The translations under genes and the position numbers were made by a program. From the human T2T-CHM13v2.0 reference genome, Homo sapiens, in assembly GCF_009914755.1 (NCBI RefSeq), contig NC_060948.1: 64,000 nt of DNA; one strand, 5' to 3'. The first letter of the stretch is position 1. Each line of letters opens with the position of its first letter. The notes beneath the pieces were generated by a model that ran no database searches, was not told the origin of the DNA, and saw nothing but the letters and a program-made list of their open reading frames with translations. Of this stretch, positions 1-19,624 are shown in pieces.

Positions 1-325
1 GAACAAATCCCTTCCAGACCTAATATTTATTTTCCTGTCAGCTTCATGTCTTTCTGTTTCACCACAGTCCAGTTGGAGCAACATCTGGACAACTCCACTT
101 TCAGCCATGCCCTTTCCTATCTTGTAACTTGGGCCCCATTTTTTCTTGGAGATAAATGCTCTCTCCCGATTTGCCTACTTAAGACTCCTACAACACAGAC
201 ATCACTCCTTCCAGAAGGTGCTTCTTATCTGTCACATTAGTTTTCTTGTCTGTCTGTCTGTGTCTCCTGGACACCCAGCACTGATGTCACACAGTACCTA
301 ATACATATATGTACATTTTTGTATT

Positions 326-330
<5 letters not shown>

Positions 331-361
<31 letters not shown>
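331..361. repeat. (CA)n microsatellite
   Basis: About 15 perfect AC units. Confidence 0.95.
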
Positions 362-364
<3 letters not shown>

Positions 365-589
365 GTATGTGAATTTGTGAATGTTGACTGTGGACATACA
401 ACCATAAAATCTATTTTCATTGTCAAAAATGAACATTATTGGTGTTGTGGTATTACTTGTTATTCTTCATTACTCACCACAACTTTTCATAAAAGGGTAG
501 GTCAGAGTTTTGTTCACTAGAGGTGCAATAATTTTGACTTACTGAGATTAACATCCCTGGTTATCATTTCAACTATCACGCTTTCTTTT

Positions 590-971
590 TCGGTATAGGT
601 ATGTTTTTTTATATATGTATATATTTGTATATTTTTTGTATATGTATTTTTTATATTTGTATATGTTTTATATTTGTATATTTTTGTTTGTATATTTTTG
701 TATATTTATTTGTATATGTTTGTTATATTTTACATTTTTGTAAAAAATTTATTTATATATTTATATTTATATATATTGTAAAAAATATTTATATATTTAT
801 ATATTATATTATTCATATATTATATATTTGTATAATGTGTATATATTATTTACATATTTGTATATTTTATTTTTTTATATTTGTATATTTTTATATTTGT
901 ATATTTTTTGTATATTTATTTGCATATTTTTCTAAATATATTGTATATATTTTTATATATATTTGTATATT

Positions 972-975
<4 letters not shown>
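590..975. repeat. AT-rich low-complexity (TATATT/TTTGTA-like) tract at the L1 poly(A) end
   Basis: Degenerate TATATTT/TGTATA units directly abut the L1 3' end (TTATTATACTTTAAG). Confidence 0.85.
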
Positions 976-7111
<6,136 letters not shown>

Positions 7112-7689
7112 AAAAAAAGGTCTGGTTGTGATTTTTCCCAGCTTCTTCTAAAAATTATTTTTCATCTTCTGCTTTGACTGGCAGGTCCTTGCCTGAAAGA
7201 ATAGCTTTATCTTTGCCACTCCTTCCTTTATTTGCTGTAGAGATTCCCAGTTGTTGTGCTGAAATGGCTTACACTGGGGATCCAGCTGCACAATTGTTCA
7301 GAAGGAGCATTCACTGTGGATTTGGTATATTATGCAACATTTGGTGTCACCAGCTAAGGCCTGACAAGATTCATCACTCAGTTTTCTGGGACAACTGAAA
7401 TTGGAATGGAGTATGGATTTGGTCAGACAGATTCCTCAGTATGGAAACCTAGTGGTGCCATCTTACCCTATGCCTATATTTTCAGATTGTGCATAAGTAG
7501 AAGAAATTTAGAATCAATGCTATAAAAAGGGAATCCTGATTTCCTTTCCTGGCAGACCATGACACAAGACAAAGATCATTTCACCTATGTCCACATACTA
7601 TTAACTTTTTAGTTCTCACGCTGGATTTTCAGAGGGTAGTGCGATGGACATGGTTAAATAGTTAATATGAAGAATGTTTAAAAAAATTA

Positions 7690-7965
<276 letters not shown>

Positions 7966-9330
7966 GAATGGACAACAATAAAATGGATAATGCCAAATAA
8001 ATAAAAAGTGAAAAGATTAACTTGGGTGAACCCCAAGACAACAAAGAAAAAAGAAAATGATATTTTAGAAAGTGAGGATAAAGTAATGAAAGATGGACTG
8101 AGACAGATTAAAATGTGGAATACATTATTGTAAATTTAAGGCCAGAATAATGCAAGTGTCAAAAAAACAACAAAAGCAACAATAAAACAAGCACAGGGAG
8201 GGGTAGAGAGAGGGTGAATGAGGAAAAAGAGAAAGCAAATGCAAAATGTAAAGTAATCAGCATGATTAGAATATCTGTTCATTCCCACTCTCTGCAAATT
8301 CTTTGTATTTTGAGGAACATCCTGACAAGATTTTAATGTAATCAATCACGGAGTAGTCTAACCCAGAAAATATCCTAGCTTCCTCTAGGATTCAAAGACC
8401 TTGTACCTTCTTAGGTATTCTCTCTCCATCTAGGTTAAACTAAACTGTTTCAACAACAAAAACTACTTTGAATTTTCTGCCCAAAAGGAACATCACGGAC
8501 GTTCTTCATCTTGGGTCATCACTTGAGTAATGAAGTAGATGGAGCAAATGTACTTTCCCCCTTACATAAATACAATTAATAGCACCACATAATGTATATA
8601 AAGCAAACATAAGACTGAAGGATGGAGCAAGAAGATAAACGGGTGAGGAAATTTAAGATGCAACAAGTGATAAGATGGTTGAGTTTCCTGGATTCTTTTT
8701 GCCTGGTGTTATCACAGACTTGATCCTAATGGAGCTGGTACCCAAAAATGTAAATAAGTACAGGCAAAAAGTTCTCCCAAAACCCAACTTCTATAGCCAC
8801 ATGGCTAGGAAAGGGACACCTTACAAAGAGAAAAATATTTTTACAATAGCCTTCCTACTTTAGTCAAACATTACAACAGAAAACAAAGCAAACCAAAAAA
8901 GCTAGCCAGGACAACAATGTTTAAGTTGAAACATAGAGAGCACCAGGCAGTAATGAGGCACCCCAACCCTCTGCTGGAGTGGAATCACATAAGGGAAAGT
9001 AGAGAGTTAGAGTTTTCAATGCTGCCATATGGGGACACCCTTCTGCTTCTAGCCAGGGAGGTACAAGTAACACCCAGGTTGAAGCTGGAATCTGCATATT
9101 TTTTTATCAGTAGCTAGAAGGGCTGCCTTGGATGTCAAAGGAAGTGAAGAAGAGAATTTGGAATTGTGCCCTTCCTTTACAAGCATACACTTTCCTTTGT
9201 TATGGTGGTATCAGACAAAGCCAGCTACAAATGAACAAATAGGATGTCATAATATGGTTCAGAGTTTCCTAACATTTCCCCAAATGTTTAACTTTCAAAT
9301 AAAAATCTCACACAGAAATGTTAGTGCTAC

Positions 9331-10190
9331 TGTTAAAGGATCACTATGGTGTCAGTTTTTCTTGCCAGAAACTTCTGTGGCCATGATGCCTTTGCTTGAC
9401 TTCTTGTCCTGTTTGCAGGAAGAATGAGGTACACAGACAGGTGAAGGGTAAAGAAGAAGCAGAGTTCTATTTGGCATTAAAACGGTTCAAAGTGTTGGGA
9501 TTCCTTCAGTACGGTGGCAGAAATATGAAATGGAAATATTATGGAAAGGTATAGGGAATAGTCACAAACTTTTTGGAAGGCCGAAAGATTACATAGCTTG
9601 TAATAATTGAACAATTATTCAATTGGAGGGAGGTCGACCAAGGATATTGCCCCATACTGTAATTTACTTTAGACCACGGTACCTGAGCTTTAATCATTCA
9701 TAGGTCTACTCTCTCAGCCAGGTTAATTATCCACAAGTGTGCTGACTCAAAGCTTCTGTTGTTAATTGTATACTAAATAAATGCCTGGAGTGCGAGCTGC
9801 TCAGGGCCGGCCTCAGTAACAAACTTTTCTTGTCATGCAGGTGCTCAGACATTCAGCTAGACTGGCAAAACAGAGTATCTATGTGCTAGTGTGTGGTTTA
9901 TCCATCTGCAATTTGGGTCAGGGTCTGCGGGCAGACCCCTGAAGCTAGTGCCCTCTTGTGAGGAGCAATACCTCACAAAGGAGTGGGTAGCTCTCCTCTA
10001 TAGGCAGGTCTTCCTATGGTGTGTTCACTCTAGAGAGAGAGGCTCCTCTCTGTCGGCAAGTCATTTAGATGTCTCTGCAGGTCTGTGAAGCTCTCTGTTG
10101 CAGCTGCTGCTCTCAGCGGAGAGGGTACTGCTCTCCTCCCGTTGTCTACAGCAATCAGCAAGAAGGGTACTCCTTTCTTTAGCAGACTGG
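9331..10190 (-). mobile_element. ERV1 LTR fragment (MER50-like), split by LTR22
   Basis: TGTTAAAGGATC..AGAAACTTCTGTGGCC..GAAGAATGAGGTACACAGAC resumes after 9980 with GAGTGGGTAGCTCTCCTC; resembles the recalled MER50 3' part. Confidence 0.6.
9493..9975 (+). mobile_element. Solo LTR22 (HERV-K HML-5)
   Basis: TG...CA termini (TGTTGGGATTC..GGTGGCAGAAATAT; ..GGGTCTGCGGGCAGACCCC..CCTCA), internal AATAAA, 5-bp TSD CAAAG at 9488-9492 and 9976-9980. Confidence 0.8.
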
Positions 10191-10194
10191 CTTT

Positions 10195-11000
10195 TGAATG
10201 TCTTCATAAGATCCTTCACAGAGCAGCAGTTTTTAATTTTGATTTGATACAGTTAATCTTTTTTTTTACTTTTATGGCTTATGCATTTGGTATCAAATAT
10301 AATAACATTTTGCTACAACTAAGAAGCTTGAATTTTTTTACGTTCTTTTTTTCTGAAAACGTTTTATAAAATGTGTTGTAATTTTATATTACATTGAAAT
10401 TCATGAGACATTTTGAGTTAATTTCTGTAGTATAAGATTTATGTTATGGCTTTATTTCTTAAATTTATAAATATCCACGTGCCCTGGCACCATTTGTTTA
10501 AAGGCTGTTTTTCCTCCACTGATTTCTGCTTGCCAGATTTGTGTCATATCACTTGGTCATATCCACACCAGTGTGGCTCTATTCCTGGGCCTTCTCTTCT
10601 GCTCCATTTTTATATGAATCTATTTCTATGCCAATACCAAACTGTTATGTTCATTTTAGCTGTGTAATAAGTCTTAGAAATGTTGATGAATTTCTCCCAC
10701 TATATACTTGTATACTCATAATTGTCTTAGCTATCATGGTGAGTAAGTTTGCTTTGTCTGCAAAAATTCTTGCTGAGATACTGATAGGAATTTCACCAAA
10801 TATATAGATCAAGCTGGGGAAAATTAACAGGATATATTGTCTTCATATCCATGAACACAGTGTATCTCTCATTATCTCTATTTGATTTCTTTCACCAGTG
10901 TTTTACATGTTTCAGCACATAGATCTCATACATGTTTTCTTTTGTTTAAATGCATATCAAAACATTTGATGTTCTTTGGAGCAGTTGTAGATCATACAGT
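10195..11000 (-). mobile_element. Ancient L1M ORF2 3' fragment
   Basis: T-rich degenerate L1-antisense motifs (AGCAGTTTTTAATTTTGAT, GCACCATTTGTT, ATAGATCAAGCTGGGGAAAATT, TCCATGAACA). Confidence 0.6.
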
Positions 11001-11331
11001 TGCTAATTTGGGGTCCTGTTGACCTGCAGTGTGGGAAAATAGCAGAGTGCTAATTAGTTTGGATTTACTTCAGTTGTTCAGTTCCTAGGAGGGTGGGTGG
11101 TGGTAGATGGTTAACTCTCCACTAAAGCCCACTGACAGGATAGAATAGAGGAGGGTGGTGCGGAGGCAGTCAAACCACACAGTGCAATCAGTCCTAATCA
11201 GCTCTAGCCCTTTAAAAATTGTTGTTGTTGAGTCAACCTAGATGATCAGCTTGCTACCAGAGACTCCTGACATAAGGGAATTGGAATGCTCTCCTCTGCT
11301 TTCTCCGGGAGGGTGATAGAAGATTCCCTCT

Positions 11332-11626
11332 GGCCAGATGTGGTGGCTCACGCCTGTAATCTCAGCATTCTGGGAGGACGAGGCAGGTGGATCACCTGAG
11401 GTCAGGAGTTCAAAACCAGGCTAACATGGAGAAACCCCGACTCTACAAAAAATGGAAAATTAGCTCAGTGTGGAGGCACATTCCTGTTATCTCAGCTAGT
11501 CAGGGAGCTGAGGCAGGAGAATTGCTTCAACCCAGGAGGTGAAGCTTGCAGTGAACTGAGATTGCATACCATCGCACTCCAGCCTGGTCAACAAAAAAGA
11601 AACTCCAGCTCAAAAAAAAAAAAAAA
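11332..11626 (+). mobile_element. Alu (AluS-like)
   Basis: GGCCAGATGTGGTGGCTCACGCCTGTAATC, GGATCACCTGAGGTCAGGAGTTC, poly(A) tail. Confidence 0.95.
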
Positions 11627-12275
11627 TTGCTGCCTACTTTGACTTTATGGAGAATCAAGCATTACTGCCCCGTGAGAAGATTGTCTTTGTATATGGCTCC
11701 ACACAAATGGCAATACTAGCTTTTTTTTTTTTTTTCTCGTAGCGTTTGTCTGGAATAGCTTGGTTATTACCCCTAGAAATGTTTTGTGTGATTGTGTATG
11801 GTTAGGCCATCCTCTCCTGGTCCTTTGGCTGAGAGAGAACAGGATTTGCTTGAAGTCCTTTTTATCTGTGCCTATTGGAGATTCTGTGTTGGAAGCTTCT
11901 ACAGTCCATCATCTGTGATATATGGAAGAAAATAGGAAAACCCAGAAAAGTGACAATGTTATCAATCTTTAAGTCCTAAAGTCCCTAGACAAACTGCCTT
12001 CCTCTTTCTGCCTTTCAGAGCCTGTCCTTGTTTTTTTCTCGTTATATCCATGGTGTTTTAGTTGTTTGGAGGAAACACTGGGCTGTTGCATCGTAACTGG
12101 AAATCCTAGGAAGTGAATGGTTGAGAACGGCTTTGAAAGTTCCATGCAAACCAAATCTCATAACGCAAAACATGGGAAGATATGATTATAGAGAATGACA
12201 TGATATGATTTACCTACAATAAAGTGGTTTTATAAAATAAAGTCTTCACCAAAATTAAATATTCTTAGAGAAGTC

Positions 12276-15200
12276 TGCTGAGATCAGCTAGGTCGTGAAG
12301 ACCTTAACCCAGTGGCACTAGAGGAATTAAAGACACACACACAGAAATCTAAAGTGCAGAGTGGGATCAGTGGGCTGACAGCCTTCAGAGCTGACAGCCA
12401 TGAACAGAGTTTTACCCACATATTTCTTGACAGCAAGCCAGAGATCAGCGTTGTTTCTATAGATTATAGATTCAGTAAAATGGAAGACAAAGGGAGGGGT
12501 TCTCGTTAGTTATCTGCAGCAGGAACATGTCGTTGAGGCACAGATCACCCATGATATTATTTGTGGTTCAAGAACGCCTTAAGTGGTTTTCTGCCCTGGG
12601 TGGGCCAGGTGTTCCTTGCCCACATTCTGGTAAACCCACAACCTTCAGTGTAGACGTCATATCTATTTTGAGCATGTCATAGTGCTTCAGAGATTTTGCT
12701 TATGGCCAGTTTTGGGGCCTGTCGATGGCCAAATTTGGGGGCCTTTTCCCAACATGTCTTCTTTTTTTGTTTTTCTAAGACAATAAAAGCAAATGCAGCT
12801 TTACTACTCTGAGCTACTTCTCGCAGGAGTCGGGATCTGCATCTGCAGACTATACAAAGACAAACAACAGAGGCTAAAAGCACAATCATCATTAAAATCA
12901 CAGAACCTCCAAGAGTTCTTATCCATTTTATTGGATTAGTAGCTGCTAATCCATCTGCAGCTCCTTCAAGTACCCCTGTTCCTGGCATTAAGGTTAAGTG
13001 TGCCTGGGATACTTCAAATAATTGTTATTTTAATTTACAATATCCAAAGACATGTTCATAGAGTGTCCTTCTAGATGCTTTTTTATTCTTTCCCAAATGT
13101 TTATACTACGAAGAGCCATTAATAGGTTCCACAAATCCTTATTTTTAGCTCCTAGAGCGAGCCATATCATTTGAGGTTGAGGTGCCATTATACCGCCATG
13201 TTTCCAGAGGAACTCTTGCGGTACTTCTTACCATTTTTACCATCTGATGGCTTTGTTCAGACCAGCTGAACATAATGTGGCTGTGGCACATAGACTGAGA
13301 GTTGCAATTTAAGGTAAACATCCCCTTAGGGGGCCAAACAATAAGGATTCCCTAGGAATTGTTACACAGCACCTCAGTCTGTTCTGCAATGCAATTTTCC
13401 CAAACAAGTACATTCATTTTCTCTGGCCACGTCCAGCTCTGTTTACAAATAGGTTTTTAAGGGTGGTATGCCTCAATTATAGGAGCAGATTTATTATGAA
13501 ATATACTGAGACCAGAAAGCATGTGTGTCAGCATGGACAGGACTGTGTCAGTTCTGTTAAAGAAATACTCATGGCAATGGTGATCACCGCTTTGATAGCT
13601 ATCATTAAATTACTCACTGGGACTGGTTGTCCCACCTCAGATTTTCTCTCACCATCTGTGACAGCTTCTTGATCTGTCCTCAGGTGGGTGGCTGCTTTTG
13701 ATGGGTGTTGCTCATGATATTTGGGGTCCTCCTCAGGGTCAACTTAGACAAGACTGCCACCGATGTGTCTTTGGAATCCTCTCAAAACCACTTTCTTGGT
13801 ATCTGGCTCATAGCAGGGCTTTAGATGTCTCAATGGCATGCACATTGGCAGTTGATTTGGTACTGGAGAAACACAAGCATAACCTCCACTCGATGTTATT
13901 ATTTTACCTATTTCCCAACTTTCCATTATTGGATCTCTCCACCAAACCAGTTTTTCTGCTTCTATCTTTGCAGCTGGCTTCTGTAGATGCTGTTTGGCTG
14001 CAGATAGCATCTGGTCCTAGACAAGCTCAAAAAATTTAGAGTAAATCATGCTAGATTCAATTTCATATGTGGCATCCCACAGTCCCTGTTTCCACCTTTT
14101 GCTTTTGCAACTGTTGTTTAAGGAAGAGATTCATTCTTTCCACTATGGCTTGTCCTTGAAAATTATATGAGATACCAGTAATGTGTTTAATATTCCATAT
14201 AGAGAAAAATGTAGCTAGAACTTGGCTACTATAGCCTGGGTCACTGTCCTTTTTAAAGAAGCTGGAATGCCCATCACCACAAAACACTGCAAAAGGTGAC
14301 ATTTAACACAGGCAGAAGACTCTCTTGATTGGCAAGTAGCTCAGACAAAGTGAGAAAATGTGTCCACACATACATGTATATAAGCTAGTCTCCCAAACAA
14401 GGGAAAATGTGTGACATTCATTTGCCAAAGAGAATTAGGTCCTAATCCTCGAGGATTAACTCCTCCTGTAAAAGATGAGGAATGCACCATTTGGCAAGTT
14501 GGGTATCGCTGGATAATAGCTTTCACTTCTTTCCAGATAATGCTGTACTGTGTTTGAGACCAAAAACATTAACATGGGTTGAATTGTGAAAGTGTCTGGC
14601 ATTAGATATTGTAGTAGCAACTGGCGGATCAGCCATTTGATTCCCTGCAGTCAAATGTCCTGGAGGAGGTTTATGAGCTCTAATATGAGTAATGCAAAAA
14701 GGGTTCATTCTACTTCTAGCTGCTGTGTGTAATTGGGTAAATAAAGTCATCAGTTGCTCATCTGTGTGGAATCATAGCTGAGCATTTTCAAGTAACTGTG
14801 TAGAATGAACCACATATGAAGAATCAGAAATCACATTTATAGGCATACTAAAACAAGTCCATACCTCAATTACAGCTGCAAACTCCACCTTTTGAGATGA
14901 AATATAGGGCATTTCCTGAGCTGGAAATGCCCTGGTTTAGAAAGCGGACTGGGACGGCCCCTCCTGGCATTTCCCAAAATCAGGTTTCCATCTTTATCAA
15001 ACTTAGAGTGACACTGATTATCCGAGTAATTTTCTTTTTGCATTTTGGACATATTCCAGGCTCAGCAGTTTTCCTTTTATCCCTCAACTTGTGGCCTGAC
15101 TCACTGATTTTTTTCACATTCTTTTCCAGTGTGACCATGCTTCCCACAGTTAAAACAAGCTCCAGGAAATGGAGTATTTCCTTTACCCACTTTCAGTCCT

Positions 15201-16457
15201 GTCATGGCTTGCACCACCAAAGTAGCTTTATGCAGATTACCTCTGATACCATCACAGGCCTTGATATAGTCAATTAAATGTGCTTTCCCTCTAATAGGTC
15301 ACAGAGCCACCTGGAAATATGGATTTTCATTGTCGAAAGCTCATAACTGCAACATTATATCCTCAGCAGCTAAATCTGCAGTCATTTTTTAAGAGACTCC
15401 TATAACCAAGCTATAAAATCTGCATATGGTTCTTTTGGTCCCTGTTTTATAGCACTAAAGGAAAGATATTGTTCTCCTCCTGAAGTTATTTTTCCAAACT
15501 CTAATGCATACTCCTCTAAGCTGTTCTATGGCATCACCCAGCATGACCACTTGTGCATCCAAACCAACGCAGCTGCCTACCCCCAAAAGATGGTCTGTAG
15601 TTATATTAATTTGAGGTTGGGCCTGCGCATTGTGAGAAGGCTGAAAAAAGCTTCTTCTCCTCACCAAGTTTTAAACTGTAAAAAGTGAGCGAGAGTCAGG
15701 CAAGCTCACGTAAGAGCATCCCATTCAGTAGGAATCATCTGACTGGGGACAGCAACATTCTTTAACGGTACCATTACCAAAGAAGAACCTGGTCCATATT
15801 GATTAATAGCTGGTTTAAATTCTTTGAGTAATTTAAAAGGAAAAGGCTCAAAAGTAGTGATAATATTTCCCTGTTGACCTGGGGCATGTATCCTAACAGG
15901 GAGCTGCCAAGCCTCTATATCACCCTCTCGTCTAGGTTGCTGAATTCCTGCCTGAATAGAACGAAGAGCAATTGCTCATGGCACTGCTTGAACAATCATG
16001 GGGCAACTAGTTTTTGGTCAGTGGGTTCCAGAAAAGAAAGATCTACAGGGTCAGACCACTCTTTTTCTTCAAAATAGTGAGGGAGTGAAGAAGGGCAGAG
16101 ACAAACCTCTCTCTCCTTTGCCACTTTAGCTTTAGCTGGCAAACAAACCTATTCTGTCACCTCTTCTGTTACTTTGCTATACTCTCCTTCCTCCTAATCA
16201 TCAATGTGAAAATGTTCCAAGGTGGAACAAACCAGAACCTGGACTTGTCCCATTGTTAACCTGATGCTTCCAAACTCCCCTTCTAACTCACTATGGCGAT
16301 TGCTTAAGAGTAGCCAGATGTCCTCCAGTGTAGTCCTACATTCTCCAACCATTGCTCCGGTGACCTTTGACCTGGGTTTGAGACCCCGTATAGTCACCAC
16401 TTGCCGAGGCCAGCTCGGTCATGGAAACCATAACCCAATGGCACTAGCGGCATTAAA

Positions 16458-16495
<38 letters not shown>

Positions 16496-16898
16496 TATAG
16501 TGTGCACAGTGAGAATCAGGGGGCTAACAGCCTTCAGAGCTGAGAGCCATAAACAGAGTTTAACACACATATTTATTGACAGCAAGCCAGTGATAAGCAT
16601 TGTTTCTATAGATTACAGATTAACTAAAACAGGAGACAAAGGATGGGCTCTGGCTAGTTATCTGCAGTGGGAAAGTGTCTTTGAGGCACAGATCGTTCAT
16701 GGTATTATTTGTGGTTCAGGAATACCTTCAGTGATTTTCTGCCCTGGGTGTGCCAGGTGTCCTTGGCCTTCATTCTGATAAACAACCTTCATTGTAGTCA
16801 TCATAGCAATCAGAAGCATGTCACAGTGCTATAGAGATATTGCTTATGGCCAGTTTTGGGGCCAATCTATGACCAGATTTTGGGGCCTGTTCCCAACA
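12276..16898 (-). mobile_element. HERV-K(HML-3)/HERVK9 provirus with MER9 LTRs, internally deleted
   Basis: LTRs at 12276-12754 and 16402-16898. Degenerate PBS at ~16382-16400. gag (MGQ start, QCHSKFDKDG), RNaseH/IN (HIRAH, GVNPRGLGPNSLWQM, GQAIVER, LVWWRDP) and env TM tail (NPIKWIRTLGGS). TSD AAGTC/AAGCC. Confidence 0.9.
16459..16492. repeat. (CA)n inside the 5' MER9 LTR
   Basis: About 17 AC units, versus ~5 at the same position in the 3' LTR (12333-12343). Confidence 0.9.
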
Positions 16899-18082
16899 AA
16901 GCCTTTATAATATATGTAAAATAGCCAATGATTTAGAGCATATTAATAATATAGATCAATGAAAAAATTATAAAATACATATCCTACCCTTCAAAATAAA
17001 ACAAAATTGGGAAGACTTCCAGAAAATATAAGCAAAAATGTGTTCTTCCTCAAATGCTGAAGGGTTATAGTAGAAAGACCTTTGTCAGAGATTTTATTTG
17101 TTAAGTGACAAATGATTTAATAGAAATCAAGCGTTTATTTTTCAGTTCACTGGAGCAAAGTTAAAAGCTGCAAAAACAACTCCTATGAAAGCCAGAGCTT
17201 CTAAGTGTAAGATAAAATTTTAAAAAAGAATAACACACTGACTATCAAGAAAAGAAACATCCCTGAGGTTTGGACTCCAGCAATATTAGTGTGAGATTAA
17301 ACCTGACAGTTCATTGATACAGTAAACTGAGGAGTAAATTTAGATATATTTTCAGGAAAGAGACCATTTCTGTGTCCAGTGGGGTTGGGCACCCTGCCTA
17401 AATAATTGGTGGAAGAAAGCATGATTCAGACATTTTGGTAAAATACTTAAGTCAGTACAGAGAGTCATGTCTCACAGATACTAGGATCTAACACAGAATG
17501 AGGTTTGTATTCAAATACATGAGAGAAAGATTTATATCTCAGCCTCTATCCTGTGGTATATTCAAGACTGAGGTTAGATTTTTTCATGTTGCCTACAAAA
17601 TATAAGGTCCCCAAAGGCAGAAATGGGTATACAATACTAGATTGAACAATTAACCTAAAAGGTTAACCTAAAAAGGTTAACACAAAACTGCCCCACTAAG
17701 AATCACTTTACACTCAAGAACTAAAGATTGCTTTATCACTTCACAGACGACATTAACAATTCACAGATGGATGTTCCATGTCCTAAGGGGTAGCAAAGGA
17801 AGACACACTTAATGGTCATACTCAAGGATAAAAAGTTGAATCAAAAAAGTCTTCATAATGAGTAGGTTTAGGAGTTCTCTGAGATGAAGAAATGGAATCT
17901 AAAGGAAAAAAGATGTGGGTAGGAGGAAAAAAATAATCTTTTTTAAATAGACAATTATACATTATTGAAAAATCAACCATATATTAAAGGAACTCAAATA
18001 ATATTTTGTTTGTTTGTTTCTTCTGCAGTAGACCCCGAACAAGTACAGTAGGAAAAGTACTTTCCTATGTTGATCTGTAGTA

Positions 18083-18293
18083 AGTTTGCCAGGTGCAGGG
18101 ACATAACATTTCAATTTAAAATTTGATTACTTTTTGACAAACAATAAAGAATTTGTTTTCAGTATGAGCCTGTCCCATGAGATAACGAGAATTTTAGTAA
18201 GTTACTAGAATATTGAGAATTATACTAAAATGCTATTTGCTTATTTAAAATGAAAATATAACTGGTAATCCTGTATTATATCTGGTGACCGTA
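18083..18293. mobile_element. MER3/MER33-like hAT-Charlie DNA transposon relic (copy A)
   Basis: Termini GTTTGCCAG ... TATCTGGTGACC; internal CAGTATGAGCCTGTCCCATG / TATACTAAAATG. Confidence 0.55.
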
Positions 18294-19624
18294 AATGAAA
18301 CAGAAGTCAGGAAAGTGGAACTCAGTGGTGGAAGGTTTTATATACATTTACAAGAAACAAAAGAAGACAAAAATATACAGAAAGGGAAACACACAGATTT
18401 TGAAAATAATCTCTACAGAAAATATTTATCCACATAAATTATCATTTACTAGAAACATATTTTTAACTCTCAAAGATTATGCCAATATTAAAGACTTATC
18501 AAAAGACCAAGAGAAAGAAACATAAAGCTTATTTTATTTTAGCAAAGAGAAAAATAAATCTCAAAATAAAAGAGGTAGGCAGGAAGTTTTTGTTTGTTTG
18601 TTTGTTTTGTTTTCTGAACGGGGCTAGACATAGGTTTTACTTTGTTTAAAAAATGCTATTGAATTTTTTTAATTTGATTCTTTAATTTTTTTAATTTGAT
18701 TTTCTGATTTTTTTAATTTGATTTTTGAATTTGATTAACTACAGAAACTGTAGAAATTTGGTGATTAATGTCAAAAGCACAAAAAGAAAAAAATACGAGT
18801 AAGAAAAGTAAATGAATACAATTAGAAAAACAGGTGACGGGTGGGGAAAGGGAGAGAAGAACAAAGGCAGATAGGAGGCAAAGGCAGAGCCAAAGAAAAT
18901 CTAGGGTAAATGAAAAACTGACTGAGCAGGTGTTAGTTATTTAGATAAGAGAGTAACCATATTAGATGTAAGCTGTTTAAACTCATGTGTTAAAATATAA
19001 AATACTCTACCGTTAGATTGATAAAAATTTGCTTTCACCTAGGAATAATCACACTGAAATATTGAAAATAAGGATTTAGAAAAAATTAACAAGTATTTAT
19101 CCAAAAAAATTAGGCCACTGTTATTATATAAGGAAAATGAGAATTTTAGAAAAAATGCAAGGAATAAAGATGGAGAACTATAGATGCAAGGCAACAGACA
19201 AAATATGAAACATCAAAATATTAAAAAATTTTAAAGATAATATAACAGTCACAAACATAAATTCCTCAGTAGCATTATCACAATATACATCTGAGGCAAA
19301 TTTTATGAATATCTATTTATATAGACAAGCCCCAATTGTAGTGAGATGTGTTATATATGTGACTCATCTAGACTAATGAGTATACAGACATTTAGTCATC
19401 AATAGAAACACTTTGCAATGTTTGTGTACTTACTTTTCTTCAGTTTCAAAATGTGAAGCCAAGTAGTAGAGCATGTTTTCAGAATTTCACAGCTCTGCAA
19501 TAGAGCAAATATTAATACAGAATAACACTTTTCCCCTTCAACGTCAACTCCATCTAACCTAACTAGCATGATGCTTTGCCTTCTCACATGCTCTCTAGAC
19601 ATCCTACTCACCCTTCTTTTCTAG

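Noticed and set aside
7120-7500. Possible coding-like or pseudogene segment
   Set aside because: No recognisable protein or splice structure in either strand.
10541-10807. ORF starting MSYHL, similar to an upstream GPM6B exon
   Set aside because: Only a 5-residue match, lying inside an antisense L1M fragment.
18660-18735. Short spaced repeats (TTTTTAATTTGAT)n and other small tandem duplications (~17650, ~20410, ~45660) as a CRISPR-like or functional array
   Set aside because: No unique spacers and a eukaryotic context; ordinary slippage products.
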